The notes beneath the pieces were generated by a model. The model saw nothing but the letters and a program-made list of their open reading frames with translations, did no database searches and had not been told where the DNA came from. This document shows positions 38,673-50,450 of a stretch of DNA of 64,000 nucleotides, piece after piece. The stretch is from Stegostoma tigrinum (lineage: Eukaryota). Position numbers and translations under genes: made by a program. Position 1 is the first letter of the stretch; each line of letters opens with the position of its first letter. The DNA is taken from positions 31,148,935 through 31,212,934 of the forward strand of contig NC_081384.1 in the NCBI RefSeq assembly GCF_030684315.1. Reading direction: 5' to 3'.

Positions 38673-38873
38673 ACTCTAGAAGATGGAGGCTCTTCACAAG
38701 GTTTTGACTGGCTGACATTTTTCTATGACAGGTTCGATGGAAACTTAAGTGAGGAAGCTTTGATGAAAAACTATGGTCTCCTGGCTTGTTTTAAGAAGGA
38801 TATGCACAAAGTTGAAACCTACCTGAAAGTTATGAATTGCAAACGTTTTGCAGAGAGTAACTGTACTGTGTAG
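38673..38873 (+). CDS. GH1: GH exon 5: [66 protein letters not shown]
   Basis: cccAG acceptor; [13 protein letters not shown] somatotropin signature; TAG at 38871-38873. Confidence 0.98.
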   Translation, partial: TLEDGGSSQGFDWLTFFYDRFDGNLSEEALMKNYGLLACFKKDMHKVETYLKVMNCKRFAESNCTV

Positions 38874-39112
38874 TGTAAGGTTATAGACAAAATGAGTGAG
38901 GAAAACTCGATAAAGACACTCAAAATGTTACACAGAATTTGTCTTAAAGTTGATTATCTTCAAAGAAGTTATGTCTATATAGTATATATGTTACATTAAT
39001 AGGGGATCTCTGATATGTAGTTGTAGAAATGTAGAAATATTTTCTGCAATTATAATTGATATCCAAAATTCATTGGTAAATCTCAGAAAATATTTATAAT
39101 CTTGCATTTTGC

Positions 39113-39118
39113 AATAAA
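39113..39118 (+). terminator. Probable GH polyadenylation signal AATAAA
   Basis: First AATAAA seen after the stop, 240 nt downstream, followed by a T-rich tract near 39145-39158. Confidence 0.7.
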
Positions 39119-39731
39119 TTACTGCATTGAATTGCCAACAAGCGTTTAGTTTTATTTTAAACTACCTTTTTGAGATAGGTGATTGAAACTATGCGGTCAT
39201 TCTAATGAATGGAGTACCTTCCAGATTTACCACCTTCCAGCACATGCAGGGCAGTTAAAGCAAATGCAGATACAAACTAAGACATCTACAACAATTAACA
39301 CCTAATGTTAGAAGAGCATCAAGATATAGTTTGCCTTTTTAAAAGTTCTCATTTTCACCACTGGAAACAATACCATTTTGTATTAATAATTTTAGCAATC
39401 AATTTGCTAACTAACTTAATGGGACTGAAATTTCAAAGCGACATTGTGAAATGTCTTGAAAGATGAAAAATAAGTCATTGAAAGCTAATGCTTTAGGAGA
39501 AACTGAAATAGATGCTTTTTCTGTGGTGTTACCTCCACACTTGAGACCGTTAAAAATGATCCCAGACATCACCGTCACTGAAGCCGAGTCTCAGCACGTA
39601 AGAGCGCCACCAAGTGTACACACTTGGTGCAACACACACACTCGATCTTGGAATGATTGCTGTGGTTCTTCTTTGCGTATCCAGTATAAATTCTCAGATA
39701 AGTGTTCTGAACGCAGTGAACATTTTATGGT

Positions 39732-40094
39732 CAGTAGATGTGAAGCTGGAAAAACACAGCAGGTCAGACAGCATCCGAAGAGCAGGAAAGTTTCGGGCCA
39801 AAACCCTTGTCAGGACAGGACAGGGGGAGAGGAGCCCAGAAGTAAACAGAGGGAGGGTGTGGTTTCGGGGACGGGTAGGTTGGATTGGTCATTGGGATAG
39901 GTGGATAGGAAGAAGATGGGTTAGGCCAGGTCAGGGAGGCAAGGATGAAGGGAGCACTGGACATGGGATAAGGCTGGAGGTGGAGGGATGTTGAAGCTGG
40001 TGAAGTCAACAGTGATGTCATTGGGCTGTAAGCTCCCAAGGCGAAATACCGGCTGTTGTCCCCATAATTTATGTTTGGCCTCACTCCAGGCACA
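39732..40094 (-). mobile_element. Truncated Penelope-like element 3' end with 14 bp TSD between GH and RDM1
   Basis: gaacattttatggt at 39718-39731 and 40095-40108; similar to 33610-34140; degenerate CTGACAA..GAAAC motif. Confidence 0.8.
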
Positions 40095-40810
40095 GAACAT
40101 TTTATGGTACTTTTTGTTTTTTTTCCTGTCATTTCACATTGCAGCATTATAATATCATGTCACCCTTTTGGTCTCCCAGCTTGTTAATGGCCAATATAAA
40201 ACAGCAATAAATCCAAACTTGAAGAGGCAGACAGCATACAAATCAAAATCAATGTTGAAAGTACTAAATATTTACAAATCTGACCAAGCTACTAATGAAG
40301 GAGAATGGCTAATGAACCAAAAGAAGCATACACATTTCATGTTCAAATAACTTATTAATTAATGGGATTTGGATGTTCATTGTTCTGTTTTACCCTGTTT
40401 GCTTCCAGAAGCTCATAATGAGCTATCTTCTTTATGCAACTCAGTGGCCTGTTAGGCCATTACAGAGGGCAGTTTATGGTCAACAACATTGTTCTGAAAA
40501 AGGGTCACTGGACCCAAAGCCTTAATTCTGCTTCTCTCCTCAGATGCTGCCAGGCCTGCTGAGTTTTTGCTGTAACTTCCGTGTTTTGTTTCTAACATTG
40601 CCTTCAATCTAGACTCAGATAAAGTCCAAATTGGACATTGACGGCAGATTTCCTCCCGTTTGTGAACTAGATGTGTTTCAAAGACAATCTGATAATGTCA
40701 TATAATTGTGATGTAAAGTTGTTGAAAGCGCTGGTAATTTAATTGCTTTGGAGCTGAGCATCCAGCTAGTTTGTGGTCGCACCAGCTCTGCTTTCGGGCT
40801 GTAGATGAAT

Positions 40811-40830
40811 GAAAGAAAGAAAGAAAGAAA
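40811..40830 (+). repeat. (GAAA)5 microsatellite
   Basis: Direct reading. Confidence 0.9.
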
Positions 40831-40834
40831 TGTC

Positions 40835-40905
40835 ACGCCAATAGCTCGAGGCTGGCGGGGGTGGGGTGGAACAGGGGGCGCGGCTTATCCCAAGTACCAA
40901 TCAGG
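40835..40905 (+). promoter_or_regulatory. RDM1 TATA-less, CpG-rich promoter with two CCAAT boxes and GC boxes
   Basis: CCAAT at 40838-40842 and 40897-40901, GGCGGG and GGGGCG between them, local CpG enrichment directly upstream of exon 1. Confidence 0.65.
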
Positions 40906-40970
40906 AGTCAGCAGTCACCATGGAGACGGGCTTGACTGACAGGCTACATTATCTGGTCGAGGCGGGGATA

Positions 40971-41093
40971 ATGGCTGCTGTCGCCGGGAGTTTGGCACAG
41001 GCAGAAATTATAGACTTTAAAATCCCGACTCGAAATGATAAAACTCTTTTTGTCTGCAATATTCTTCCCAGAGAGTCCGAGGCTGAAATTTAT
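40971..41093 (+). CDS. RDM1: RDM1 exon 1: MAAVAGSLAQAEIIDFKIPTRNDKTLFVCNILPRESEAEIY (in-frame alternative ATG at 40920)
   Basis: Aligns with human MAELVPFAVPIESDKTLLVWEL; GTgagt donor at 41094, phase 0; start codon uncertain. Confidence 0.85.
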
Positions 41094-41189
41094 GTGAGTG
41101 CCGGGGTATGACAGACAGCATGAGGAGGAGATAGTGGAGGGGGAATGGGTGGGAGGATGTATGAGGTGTTGGTGGGAATGCTGGGGGTG

Positions 41190-44100
41190 GGGGTGGGGAA
41201 GCGTTGGTGGGCATGCTGGGGGTGGGCATGCTGGGGGTGGGGGTGGGGGTGGGGAAGCGTTGGTGGGCTGGGGAAGAGTTGGTGGGCTGGGGAAGAGTTG
41301 GGGGGGTGGGCTGGGGAAGAGTGGGGGGGTGGGCTGGGGAAGAGTGGGGGGGGGGCTGGGGAAGAGTGGGGGGGGGCTGGGGAAGAGTTGGGGGTGGGGC
41401 TGGGGAAGCGTTGGGGGGGGTGGCTGGGGAAGCGTTGGGGGGGGTGGCTGGGGAAGCGTTGGGGGGGTGGCTGGGGAAGCGTTGGGGGGGTGGCTGGGGA
41501 AGCGTTGGGGGGAGGGCTGGGGAAGCGTTTGGGGGGGGGCTGGGGAAGCGTTGGGGGGGTGGCTGGGGAAGCGTTGGGGGGGTGGCTGGGGAAGCGTTTG
41601 GGGGGGTGGCTGGGGAAGCGTTGGGGGGCTGGGGAAGCGTTGGGGGGCTGGGGAAGCTTTGGGGGGGGGCTGGGTAAGCGTTGGGGGGCTGGGGAAGCGT
41701 TGGGGGGCTGGGGAAGCGTTGGGGGGCTGGGGAAGCTTTGGGGGGGGGCTGGGGAAGCGTTGGGGGGCTGGGGAAGCTTTGGGGGGGGGCTGGGGAAGCG
41801 TTGGGGGGCTGGGGAAGCTTTGGGGGGGGGCTGGGGAAGCGTTGGGGGGCTGGGGAAGCTTTGGGGGGGGGCTGGGGAAGCGTTGGGGGGGGGGCTGGGG
41901 AAGCGTGGGGGGGGGGCTGGGGAAGCGTTGGGGGGGGGCTGGGGAAGCGTTGGGGGGTGGCTGGGGAAGCGTTGGGGGGTGGCTGGGGAAGCGTTGGGGG
42001 GCTGGGGGGGGGCTGGGGAAGCGTTGGGGGGGGGCTGGGGAAGCGTTGGGGGGGGCTGGGGAAGCGTTGGGGGGGTGGCTGGGGAAGCGTTGGGGGGCTG
42101 GGGAAGCGTTGGGGGGGGTCTGGGGAGGGCTGGGGAAGCGTTGGGGGGGGGCTGGGGAAGCGTTGGGGGGGTGGCTGGGGAGGGCTGGGGAAGCGTTTGG
42201 GGGGGGGGCTGGGGAAGCGTTGGGGGGGGGCTGGGGAAGCTTTGGGGGGGTGGCTGGGGAAGCTTTGGGGGGCTGGGGAAGCTTTGGGGGGGGGCTGGGG
42301 AAGCGTTGGGGGGGTGGCTGGGGAAGCGTTGGGGGGGTGGCTGGGGAAGCGTTGGGGGGGGTCTGGGGAGGGCTGGGGAAGCGTTTGGGGGGTGGCTGGG
42401 GAAGCGTTTGGGGGGTGGCTGGGGAAGCGTTTGGGGGGTGGCTGGGGAAGCGTTGGGGGGGGGGCTGGGGAAGCGTTGGGGGGGTGGCTGGGGAAGCGTT
42501 TGGGGGGGGGCTGGGGAAGCGTTGGGGGGGTGGCTGGGGAAGCGTTGGGGGGGGCTGGGGAAGCTTTGGGGGGGTGGCTGGGGAAGCTTTGGGGGGCTGG
42601 GGAAGCTTTGGGGGGGGGCTGGGGAAGCGTTGGGGGGGGGCTGGGGAAGCGTTGGGGGGGTGGCTGGGGAAGCGTTGGGGGGGGTCTGGGGAGGGCTGGG
42701 GAAGCGTTTGGGGGGGGGCTGGGGAAGCGTTGGGGGGGGGCTGGGGAAGCGTTGGGGGGGGGCTGGGGAAGCGTTGGGGGGGGGCTGGGGAGGGCTGGGG
42801 AAGCGTTGGGGGGGGGCTGGGGAAGCGTTGGGGGGGTGGCTGGGGAAGCGTTGGGGGGGTGGCTGGGGTAGCGTTGGGGGGGTGGCTGGGGAGGGCTGGG
42901 GAAGCGTTTGGGGGGGGCTGGGGAAGCGTTGGGGGGGTGGCTGGGGAAGCGTTGGGGGGCTGGGGAAGCTTTGGGGGGGGGCTGGGGAAGCGTTGGGGGG
43001 CTGGGGAAGCGTTGGGGGGCTGGGGAAGCGTTGGGGGGCTGGGGAAGCTTTGGGGGGGGGCTGGGGAAGCGTTGGGGGGCTGGGGAAGCTTTGGGGGGGG
43101 GGCTGGGGAAGCGTTGGGGGGCTGGGGAAGCTTTGGGGGGGGGGCTGGGGAAGCGTTGGGGGGCTGGGGAAGCTTTGGGGGGGGGCTGGGGAAGCGTTGG
43201 GGGGCTGGGGAAGCTTTGGGGGGGGGGCTGGGGAAGCGTTGGGGGGCTGGGGAAGCGTTGGGGGGCTGGGGAAGCGTTGGGGGGCTGGGGAAGCTTTGGG
43301 GGGGGGCTGGGGAAGCGTTGGGGGGCTGGGGAAGCTTTGGGGGGGGGGCTGGGGAAGCGTTGGGGGGCTGGGGAAGCTTTGGGGGGGGGGCTGGGGAAGC
43401 GTTGGGGGGCTGGGGAAGCTTTGGGGGGGGGGCTGGGGAAGCGTTGGGGGGCTGGGGAAGCGTTGGGGGGGGCGGCTGGGGAAGCGTTGGGGGGCTGGGG
43501 AAGCGTTGGGGGGCTGGGGAAGCGTTTGGGGGGGGGCTGGGGAAGCGTTTGGGGGGGGGCTGGGGAAGCGTTTGGGGGGGGGGCTGGGGAAGCGTTGGGG
43601 GGGTGCTGGGGAAGCGTTGGGGGGGTGCTGGGGAAGCGTTGGGGGGGGGCTGGGGAAGCGTTTGGGGGGGGGCTGGGGAAGCGTTGGGGGGGGGGCTGGG
43701 GAAGCGTTGGGGGGGGGCTGGGGAAGCGTTGGGGGGGTGGCTGGGGAAGCGTTGGGGGGCTGGGGAAGCTTTGGGGGGGGGGCTGGGGAAGCGTTGGGGG
43801 GCTGGGGAAGCTTTGGGGGGCTGGGGAAGCTTTGGGGGGGGCTGGGGAAGCGTTGGGGGGCTGGGGAAGCTTTGGGGGGGGGGCTGGGGAAGCGTTGGGG
43901 GGCTGGGGAAGCTTTGGGGGGGGGGCTGGGGAAGCGTTGGGGGGCTGGGGAAGCGTTGGGGGGCTGGGGAAGCTTTGGGGGGCTGGGGAAGCTTTGGGGG
44001 GGTGGGGCTGGGGAAGCTTTGGGGGGGGCTGGGGAAGAGTTGGGGGGGGTGCTGGGGAAGCGTTGGGGGGGGGCTGGGGAAGCGTTGGGGGGGGGGCTGG

Positions 44101-47100
44101 GGAAGCTTTGGGGGGGGGGCTGGGGAAGCGTTGGGGGGCTGGGGAAGCGTTGGGGGGCTGGGGAAGCTTTGTGGGGGGGCTGGGGAAGCGTTGGGGGGCT
44201 GGGGAAGGTTTGGGGGGGGGCTGGGGAAGCGTTGGGGGGCTGGGGAAGCGTTGGGGGGCTGGGGAAGCGTTGGGGGGCTGGGGAAGCGTTGGGGGGCTGG
44301 GGAAGCTTTGGGGGGGTGGGGCTGGGGAAGCTTTGGGGGGGGCTGGGGAAGAGTTGGGGGGGGTGCTGGGGAAGCGTTGGGGGGGGGCTGGGGAAGCGTT
44401 GGGGGGGGCGGCTGGGGAAGCGTGGGGGGGGCGGCTGGGGAAGCGTTGGGTGGGGGGCTGGGGAAGCGTTGGGGGGCTGGGGAAGCGTTGGGGGGGGCTG
44501 GGGAAGCGTTGGGGGGGGCTGGGGAAGCGTTGGGGGGGGCTGGGGAAGCGTTGGGGGGCTGGGGAAGCGTTGGGGGGGGTCTGGGGAAGCATTGGGGGGG
44601 GCTGGGGAAGCGTTGGGGGGGGTCTGGGGAAGCATTGGGGGGGGCTGGGGAAGCGTTGGGGGGCTGGGGAAGCGTTGGGGGGGGTCTGGGGAGGGCTGGG
44701 GAAGCGTTGGGGGGGGGGTGCTGGGGAAGCGTTGGGGGGGGCGCTGGGGAAGAGTTGGGGGGGGGCTGGGGAAGCGTTGGGGGGGGTGGCTGGGGAAGCG
44801 TTGGGGGGGGTGGCTGGGGAAGCGTTGGGGGGGTGGCTGGGGAAGCGTTGGTGGGGGGGCTGGGGAAGCGTAGGGGGGGGCTGGGGAAGCGTAGGGGGGG
44901 GCTGGGGAAGCGTAGGGGGGGGCTGGGGAAGCGTTGGGGGGCTGGGGAAGCTTTGGGGGGGGCTGGGGAAGCGTTGGGGGGCTGGGGAAGCTTTGGGGGG
45001 GGGGGCTGGGGAAGAGTTGGGGGGGGCTGGGGAAGAGTTGGGGGGGGTGCTGCGGAAGCGTTGGGGGGGTGCTGGGGAAGAGTTGGGGGGGGTGCTGGGG
45101 AAGAGTTGGGGGGGGGGCTGGGGAAGCGTGGGGGGCGCTGCTGGGGAAGCGTTGGGGGGGGGCTGGGGAAGCGTTGGGGGGCTGGGGAAGCGTTGGGGGG
45201 CTGGGGAAGCTTTGGGGGGGGGCTGGGGAAGCGTTGGGGGGCTGGGGAAGCTTTGGGGGGGGGGCTGGGGAAGAGTTGGGGGGGGCTGGGGAAGCGTTGG
45301 GGGGCTGGGGAAGCGTTGGGGGGCTGGGGAAGCTTTGGGGGGGGGGCTGGGGAAGCGTTGGGGGGCTGGGGAAGCGTTGGGGGGCTGGGGAAGCGTGGGG
45401 GGGGGTGCTGGGGAAGCGTTGGGGGGGGGCTGGGGAAGCGTTGGGGGGCTGGGGAAGCGTTGGGGGGCTGGGGAAGCGTTGGGGGGCTGGGGAAGCGTTG
45501 GGGGGCTGGGGAAGCTTTGGGGGGGGGGCTGGGGAAGCGTTGGGGGGCTGGGGAAGCGTTGGGGGGCTGGGGAAGCTTTGGGGGGGGGGCTGGGGAAGCG
45601 TTGGGGGGGGGGCTGGGGAAGCGTTGGGGGGGGTGCTGGGGAAGCGTTGGGGGGGGCTGGGGAAGCATGGGGGGGCTGGGGAAGCATTGGGGGGGGCTGG
45701 GGAAGCGTTGGGGGGCTGGGGAAGCGTTGGGGGGGGCTGGGGGGGCTGGGGAAGCGTAGGGGGGGGCTGGGGAAGCGTAGGGGGGGGCTGGGGGGGCTGG
45801 GGAAGCGTAGGGGGGGGCTGGGGGGGCTGGGGAAGCGTGGGGGGGGGCTGGGGGGGCTGGGGAAGCGTAGGGGGGGTCTGGGGAAGCGTAGTGGGGGGCT
45901 GGGGGGGCTGGGGAAGCGTGTGGGGGGCTGGGGAAGCGTGGGGGGGGCTGGGGGGGCTGGGGAAGCGTAGGGGGGGGCTGGGGGGGCTGGGGAAGCGTGG
46001 TGGGGGGGCTGGGGAAGCGTTTGGGGGGGGGCTGGGGAAGCGTTTGGGGGGGGGCTGGGGAAGCGTAGGGGGGGGCTGGGGGGGCTGGGGAAGCGTGGTG
46101 GGGGGGCTGGGGGGGCTGGGGAAGCGTGGTGGGGGGGCTGGGGAAGCGTAGGGGGGGGCTGGGGGGGCTGGGGAAGCGTGGTGGGGGGGCTGGGGGGGCT
46201 GGGGAAGCGTGGTGGGGGGGCTGGGGAAGCGTTTGGGGGGGGGCTGGGGAAGCGTTTGGGGGGGGGCTGGGGAAGCGTTTGGGGGGGGGCTGGGGAAGCG
46301 TTTGGGGGGGGGCTGGGGAAGCGTTGGGGGGGGGGCTGGGGAAGCGTTGGGGGGGGGCTGGGGAAGCGTTGGGGGGGGGGCTGGGGAAGCGTTGGGGGGG
46401 GGGCTGGGGAAGCGTTGGGGGGGGGGCTGGGGAAGCGTTGGGGGGCTGGGGAAGCGTTGGGGGGGGGGGCTGGGGAAGCGTTGGGGGGCTGGGGAAGCGT
46501 TGGGGGGGGGGCTGGGGAAGCGTAGGGGGGGGCTGGGGGGGCTGGGGAAGCGTTTGGGGGGGGGCTGGGGAAGCGTTTGGGGGGGGGCTGGGGAAGCGTT
46601 TGGGGGGGGGGCTGGGGAAGCGTTGGGGGGCTGGGGAAGCGTTGGGGGGGGGCTGGGGAAGCGTTGGGGGGCTGGGGAAGCGTTGGGGGGCTGGGGAAGC
46701 GTTGGGGGGGGGCTGGGGAAGCGTTTGGGGGGGGGCTGGGGAAGCGTTGGGGGGGGGCTGGGGAAGCGTTGCGGGGGGTGCTGGGGAAGCGTTGGGGGGG
46801 GGAGCTGGGGAAGCGTTGGGGGGGGAGCTGGGGAAGCGTTGGGGGGGGGAGCTGGGGAAGCGTTGGGGGGGGGAGCTGGGGAAGCGTTGGGGGGGGGAGC
46901 TGGGGAAGCGTTGGGGGGGTGGCTGGGGAAGCGTAGGGGGGGGCTGGGGGGGCTGGGGAAGCGTAGTGGGGGGGCTGGGGGGGCTGGGGAAGCGTAGTGG
47001 GGGGGCTGGGGAAGCGTAGTGGGGGGGCTGGGGGGGCTGGGGAAGCGTAGGGGGGGGCTGGGGAAGCGTAGTGGGGGGCTGGGGGGGCTGGGGAAGCGTG

Positions 47101-47730
47101 TGGGGGGCTGGGGAAGCGTGTGGGGGGCTGGGGAAGCGTGTGGGGGGCTGGGGAAGCGTGTGGGGGGGCTGGGGAAGCGTGTGGGGGGGCTGGGGAAGCG
47201 TGTGGGGGGCTGGGGAAGCGTGTGGGGGGCTGGGGAAGCGTGTGGGGGGCTGGGGAAGCGTAGGGGGGGCTGGGGAAGCGTAGGGGGGGCTGGGGGGGCT
47301 GGGGAAGCGTGGGGGGGGCTGGGGGGGCTGGGGAAGCGTAGGGGGGGGCTGGGGGGGCTGGGGAAGCGTGGGGGGGGGCTGGGGAAGCGTAGTGGGGGGG
47401 GGTGGCTGGGGAAGCGTGGGGGGGGGGTGGCTGGGGAAGCGTGGGGGGGGGGTGGCTGGGGAAGCGTGGTGGGGGGCGCTGGGGAAGCGTGGTGGGGGGG
47501 GCTGGGGAAGCGTGGTGGGGGGGGCTGGGGAAGCGTAGGGGGGGGGCTGGGGAAGCGTGGTGGGGGGAGCTGGGGAAGCGTGGTGGGGGGAGCTGGGGAA
47601 GCGTGGGGGGGTGGCTGGGGAAGCGTAGGGGGGGGCTGGGGGTGCTGGGGAAGCGCGGGGGTGGGTGCTGGGGAAGCGCGGGGGGGGGCTGGGGAAGCGC
47701 GGGGGGTGGCTGGGGAAGCGTTGGGGGGTG
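41190..47730 (+). repeat. ~6.5 kb G-rich minisatellite, unit approximately GCTGGGGAAGCGTT(G)5-10 (about 19-24 bp, roughly 300 copies)
   Basis: Direct reading; variants AAGCTTT, AAGAGTT, AAGCGTAG, AAGCGTGT, AAGCATT, AAGCGCG. Confidence 0.98.
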
Positions 47731-48300
47731 AGGCAGAATGGCGTGGGGGATAGGGTGCAAATGGGAAAGGAAGCAGTGGATGGGGGAACTGGGGCGGTGA
47801 GAGAGTAGCGGAAAGGGGCAGGATGGAAAATGGGAAGGTAACGATGGAGAGATTGGGGAAGGAAGAGAAGTGGAGTTGTTGGGGGGGGGGAGGGAAGGAC
47901 CTGGGTAACAGAGAGTCTGAATGGGACGATGGGGGGAAGAATAGGGAAACGGGAGAGAAGGTGGTGATGAGTTGGGGGCTGGGGTAAGCATGGGCTAGAT
48001 GGTGAAGTAATCTGTAAAGGGGAAGGGAGGTTGGGATTGAGGAGAGTTTGAGATGGGGAGAGAGGGGAAGGAAAGAGATATCTGGAAGTTGTAGGTGTTA
48101 AGGGAGGGGTGAAGTGTAGGTACTGAGGGAACCAGGTTGGTATTGAGTAACCAGCCCTGTCTACTTTGGGGCCAAGGGGAAATATAGCCTTGTAATGACA
48201 AAAATGGTGAATAGTGAAGTATATCCACCCCCTAAGGGAGTGGAAAATGAGTGGCTGTCTCACAATTATAGTGGTCTTTGTCCCTTTCCTGTGTCCACAG

Positions 48301-48480
48301 GACTGCATTTTCAAAGCATTTTCTGATTTTGGACTCCTCTACTCTGTGCGGGTTTGCAGGAATGCTGCTGTAGTTGAACCTGGGTATTATGCCATTGTCA
48401 AATTCTATTCAGCATTTGGTGCTGCCAAAGCCCAAAATTTTACAAATGGGAAGTGTTTATTCCAGACAATTCCTTTGAAG
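48301..48480 (+). CDS. RDM1: RDM1 exon 2 (RRM): DCIFKAFSDFGLLYSVRVCRNAAVVEPGYYAIVKFYSAFGAAKAQNFTNGKCLFQTIPLK
   Basis: cacAG/GTaaga, 180 nt; matches human AFSQFGLLYSVRVFPNAAVAHPGFYAVIKFYSA. Confidence 0.97.
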
Positions 48481-48789
48481 GTAAGAACTAATTTGAAATG
48501 GCATAGATTTTATAAGGATGATATCGTTGTTAACTTTAAACACGGATCTCTGAATGCAGCCAAAGTTTATTTTACTCTTTGGAATAAAGCAGAATTATTC
48601 CCTCAACACATTGATTTTGCAATATTTCCAATGTAACTAATTCTGATTCCACTAATTTTAGCTTTTATTTCATTAGACAACTTCTAAAAATAACTCAAAA
48701 TATTTTGCATGGTCGGTGTTGAATCCAGTTTCAGTGGCAGGTTTCAAGTTAATGTGGAATTGAAGGCAAGGCATTCTTATTTGTGCATA

Positions 48790-50450
48790 TAGAGCCATAG
48801 AACTGTACAGCATGGAACCAGACCCTTCAGTCCAACCCGTCTATGCTGACCAGATATCCTAAATTAATCTAGTCCCATTTGTCAGCATTTGACCCGTATC
48901 TCTATCAACCCATCCTATTTATATATCTATCCAGATGCCGTTTAAATGTTATAATTGTACCGGCCTCCACCACTACTTCTGGCAGTTCATTCTATACACG
49001 GACCATCCTCTACATGGAAAAAAATTGCCTCATAAATCCCTCTTTAAAATCTTTTTTCCCCCTCACCTTAAACTTATGCCCTCCAGTTTTGGAGTCCTCC
49101 CACCTGAGGGAAAAGACTATTGCTATACACTGTACCCGTGCTCCTCATAATTTTTTAAACCTCCAATAAGGTCACCTTTCCACCTCTGATGCTCCATGGA
49201 AAATTGCCCCAGCCTGTTCAGCCATAAACTATAACTCAAACTATCCAACCCTGGTACAATCCTTGTAAATCTTTTCTGAAACCTTTCAAGTTTTACAACA
49301 TCCTCCCTATAGTAGGGCAACCAGAATTGTGCGCAGTATTCTACAAGCGGTCTAGCCAATGTCCTGTACAGCTGCAACATGACCTCCCAACTCCTATATT
49401 CAATGCTCTTACCAATAAAGGCAAGTGTATCAAACACCTTTTTCACTAGTCTGTCTACCTGCAACTCTCAAGTAACTATGAACCTGCACTCCAAGGTCTC
49501 TTTGTTCCGCAACGCTCCCCAGGACTTTAACATTAATTGTATAATTCCTGCCCTGATTTGCCATGCCAAAATGCAGCACCTCACATTTAACTAAATTAAA
49601 CTATATCTGCCACTCCTTGGCCCATTGATCCATTTGATCAAGGCCCCGTTGTACTGTGAGGTACCCTTCTTTGCTGTCTGCTATACCTTCAATTTTGCTG
49701 GTCATTTGAAAACATACTAACCGTACCTTCTTTGTTCATATCTGAATCATTTATATAAATCACGAAAAGCAGTGGATCCAGCACTGATCCTTGTGGCACA
49801 CCTCTGGTCACGGGCGTCCATTCTGAAAATCAATCTCTGCCACCACCCTCTGTCCTCTGCCTTTGAGCTGGTTCTCCCTGTATTCCATGTGATCTAACCT
49901 TGCCAACCAATCTACTGTGAGGAACCTTGTTGAATGCCTTACTGAAGTCCATACGGAAACATGTCCACCGCTCTACCGTTATCAATCATCTTTGTTACTT
50001 CAAAAAACTCAATCATGATCTCCTATGTACAAAGCCATGTTGATAATCCCTAATCAGTCCTTGCCTTTCCAAATACATGTAAATCCTGTCCCTTAGGATT
50101 CCCTCCAACAATTTGCTCACCACTGTCAGGTTCACCAGTCTATAGTTCTCTGGCTTTTCCTTTCCAATTTTGTAAATAGTGGGATCACATTAGCCAACTT
50201 CCAGTCTTTTGGACCTCACCTGTGGCTATTGATGATGCAAATATCTGAGCAAGGGGCCTGGCAATCACTTCCCAAGCTTCCCACACAGTTGTAGGGTACA
50301 TCTCATCAGGTCCCAGGCTTTATACATTTTAAGACATCCAGCACCACATGGACATTTTTCAAGATGTCGCTCTTTATTTCCCCATGTTCTCTATCTTCCA
50401 TATCCTTCTCCACAGTAAACATTGAGGCAAAATGCTCATTTAGTATCTCC
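48790..50450 (-). mobile_element. CR1 LINE ORF2 3' portion
   Basis: ORF 49123-49464 EYRSWEVMLQLYRTLARPLVEYCAQFWLPYYREDVVKLERFQKRFTR; EILNEHFASMFTVE. Confidence 0.9.

Larger units (their letters stand above)
31890..38873 (+). other. GH1: Growth hormone gene span (ATG to stop): 5 coding exons, 210 aa = 27 aa signal peptide + 183 aa mature hormone
   Basis: Five GT-AG exons (10+164+117+141+201 nt) splice into one uninterrupted ORF very close to shark GH ([19 protein letters not shown]). Confidence 0.97.

Noticed and set aside
41190-47730. CRISPR-like or telomeric array
   Set aside because: No unique spacers, no cas genes, no TTAGGG; vertebrate intronic minisatellite.
40944-48314. Giant Pro-rich (up to 2456 aa) and Gly/Trp-rich ORFs on both strands
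   Set aside because: Open in several frames at once because the repeat and its purine-rich flanks almost lack stop triplets; variable G-runs shift frame freely; they lie inside RDM1 intron 1. Not extensin- or collagen-like genes.
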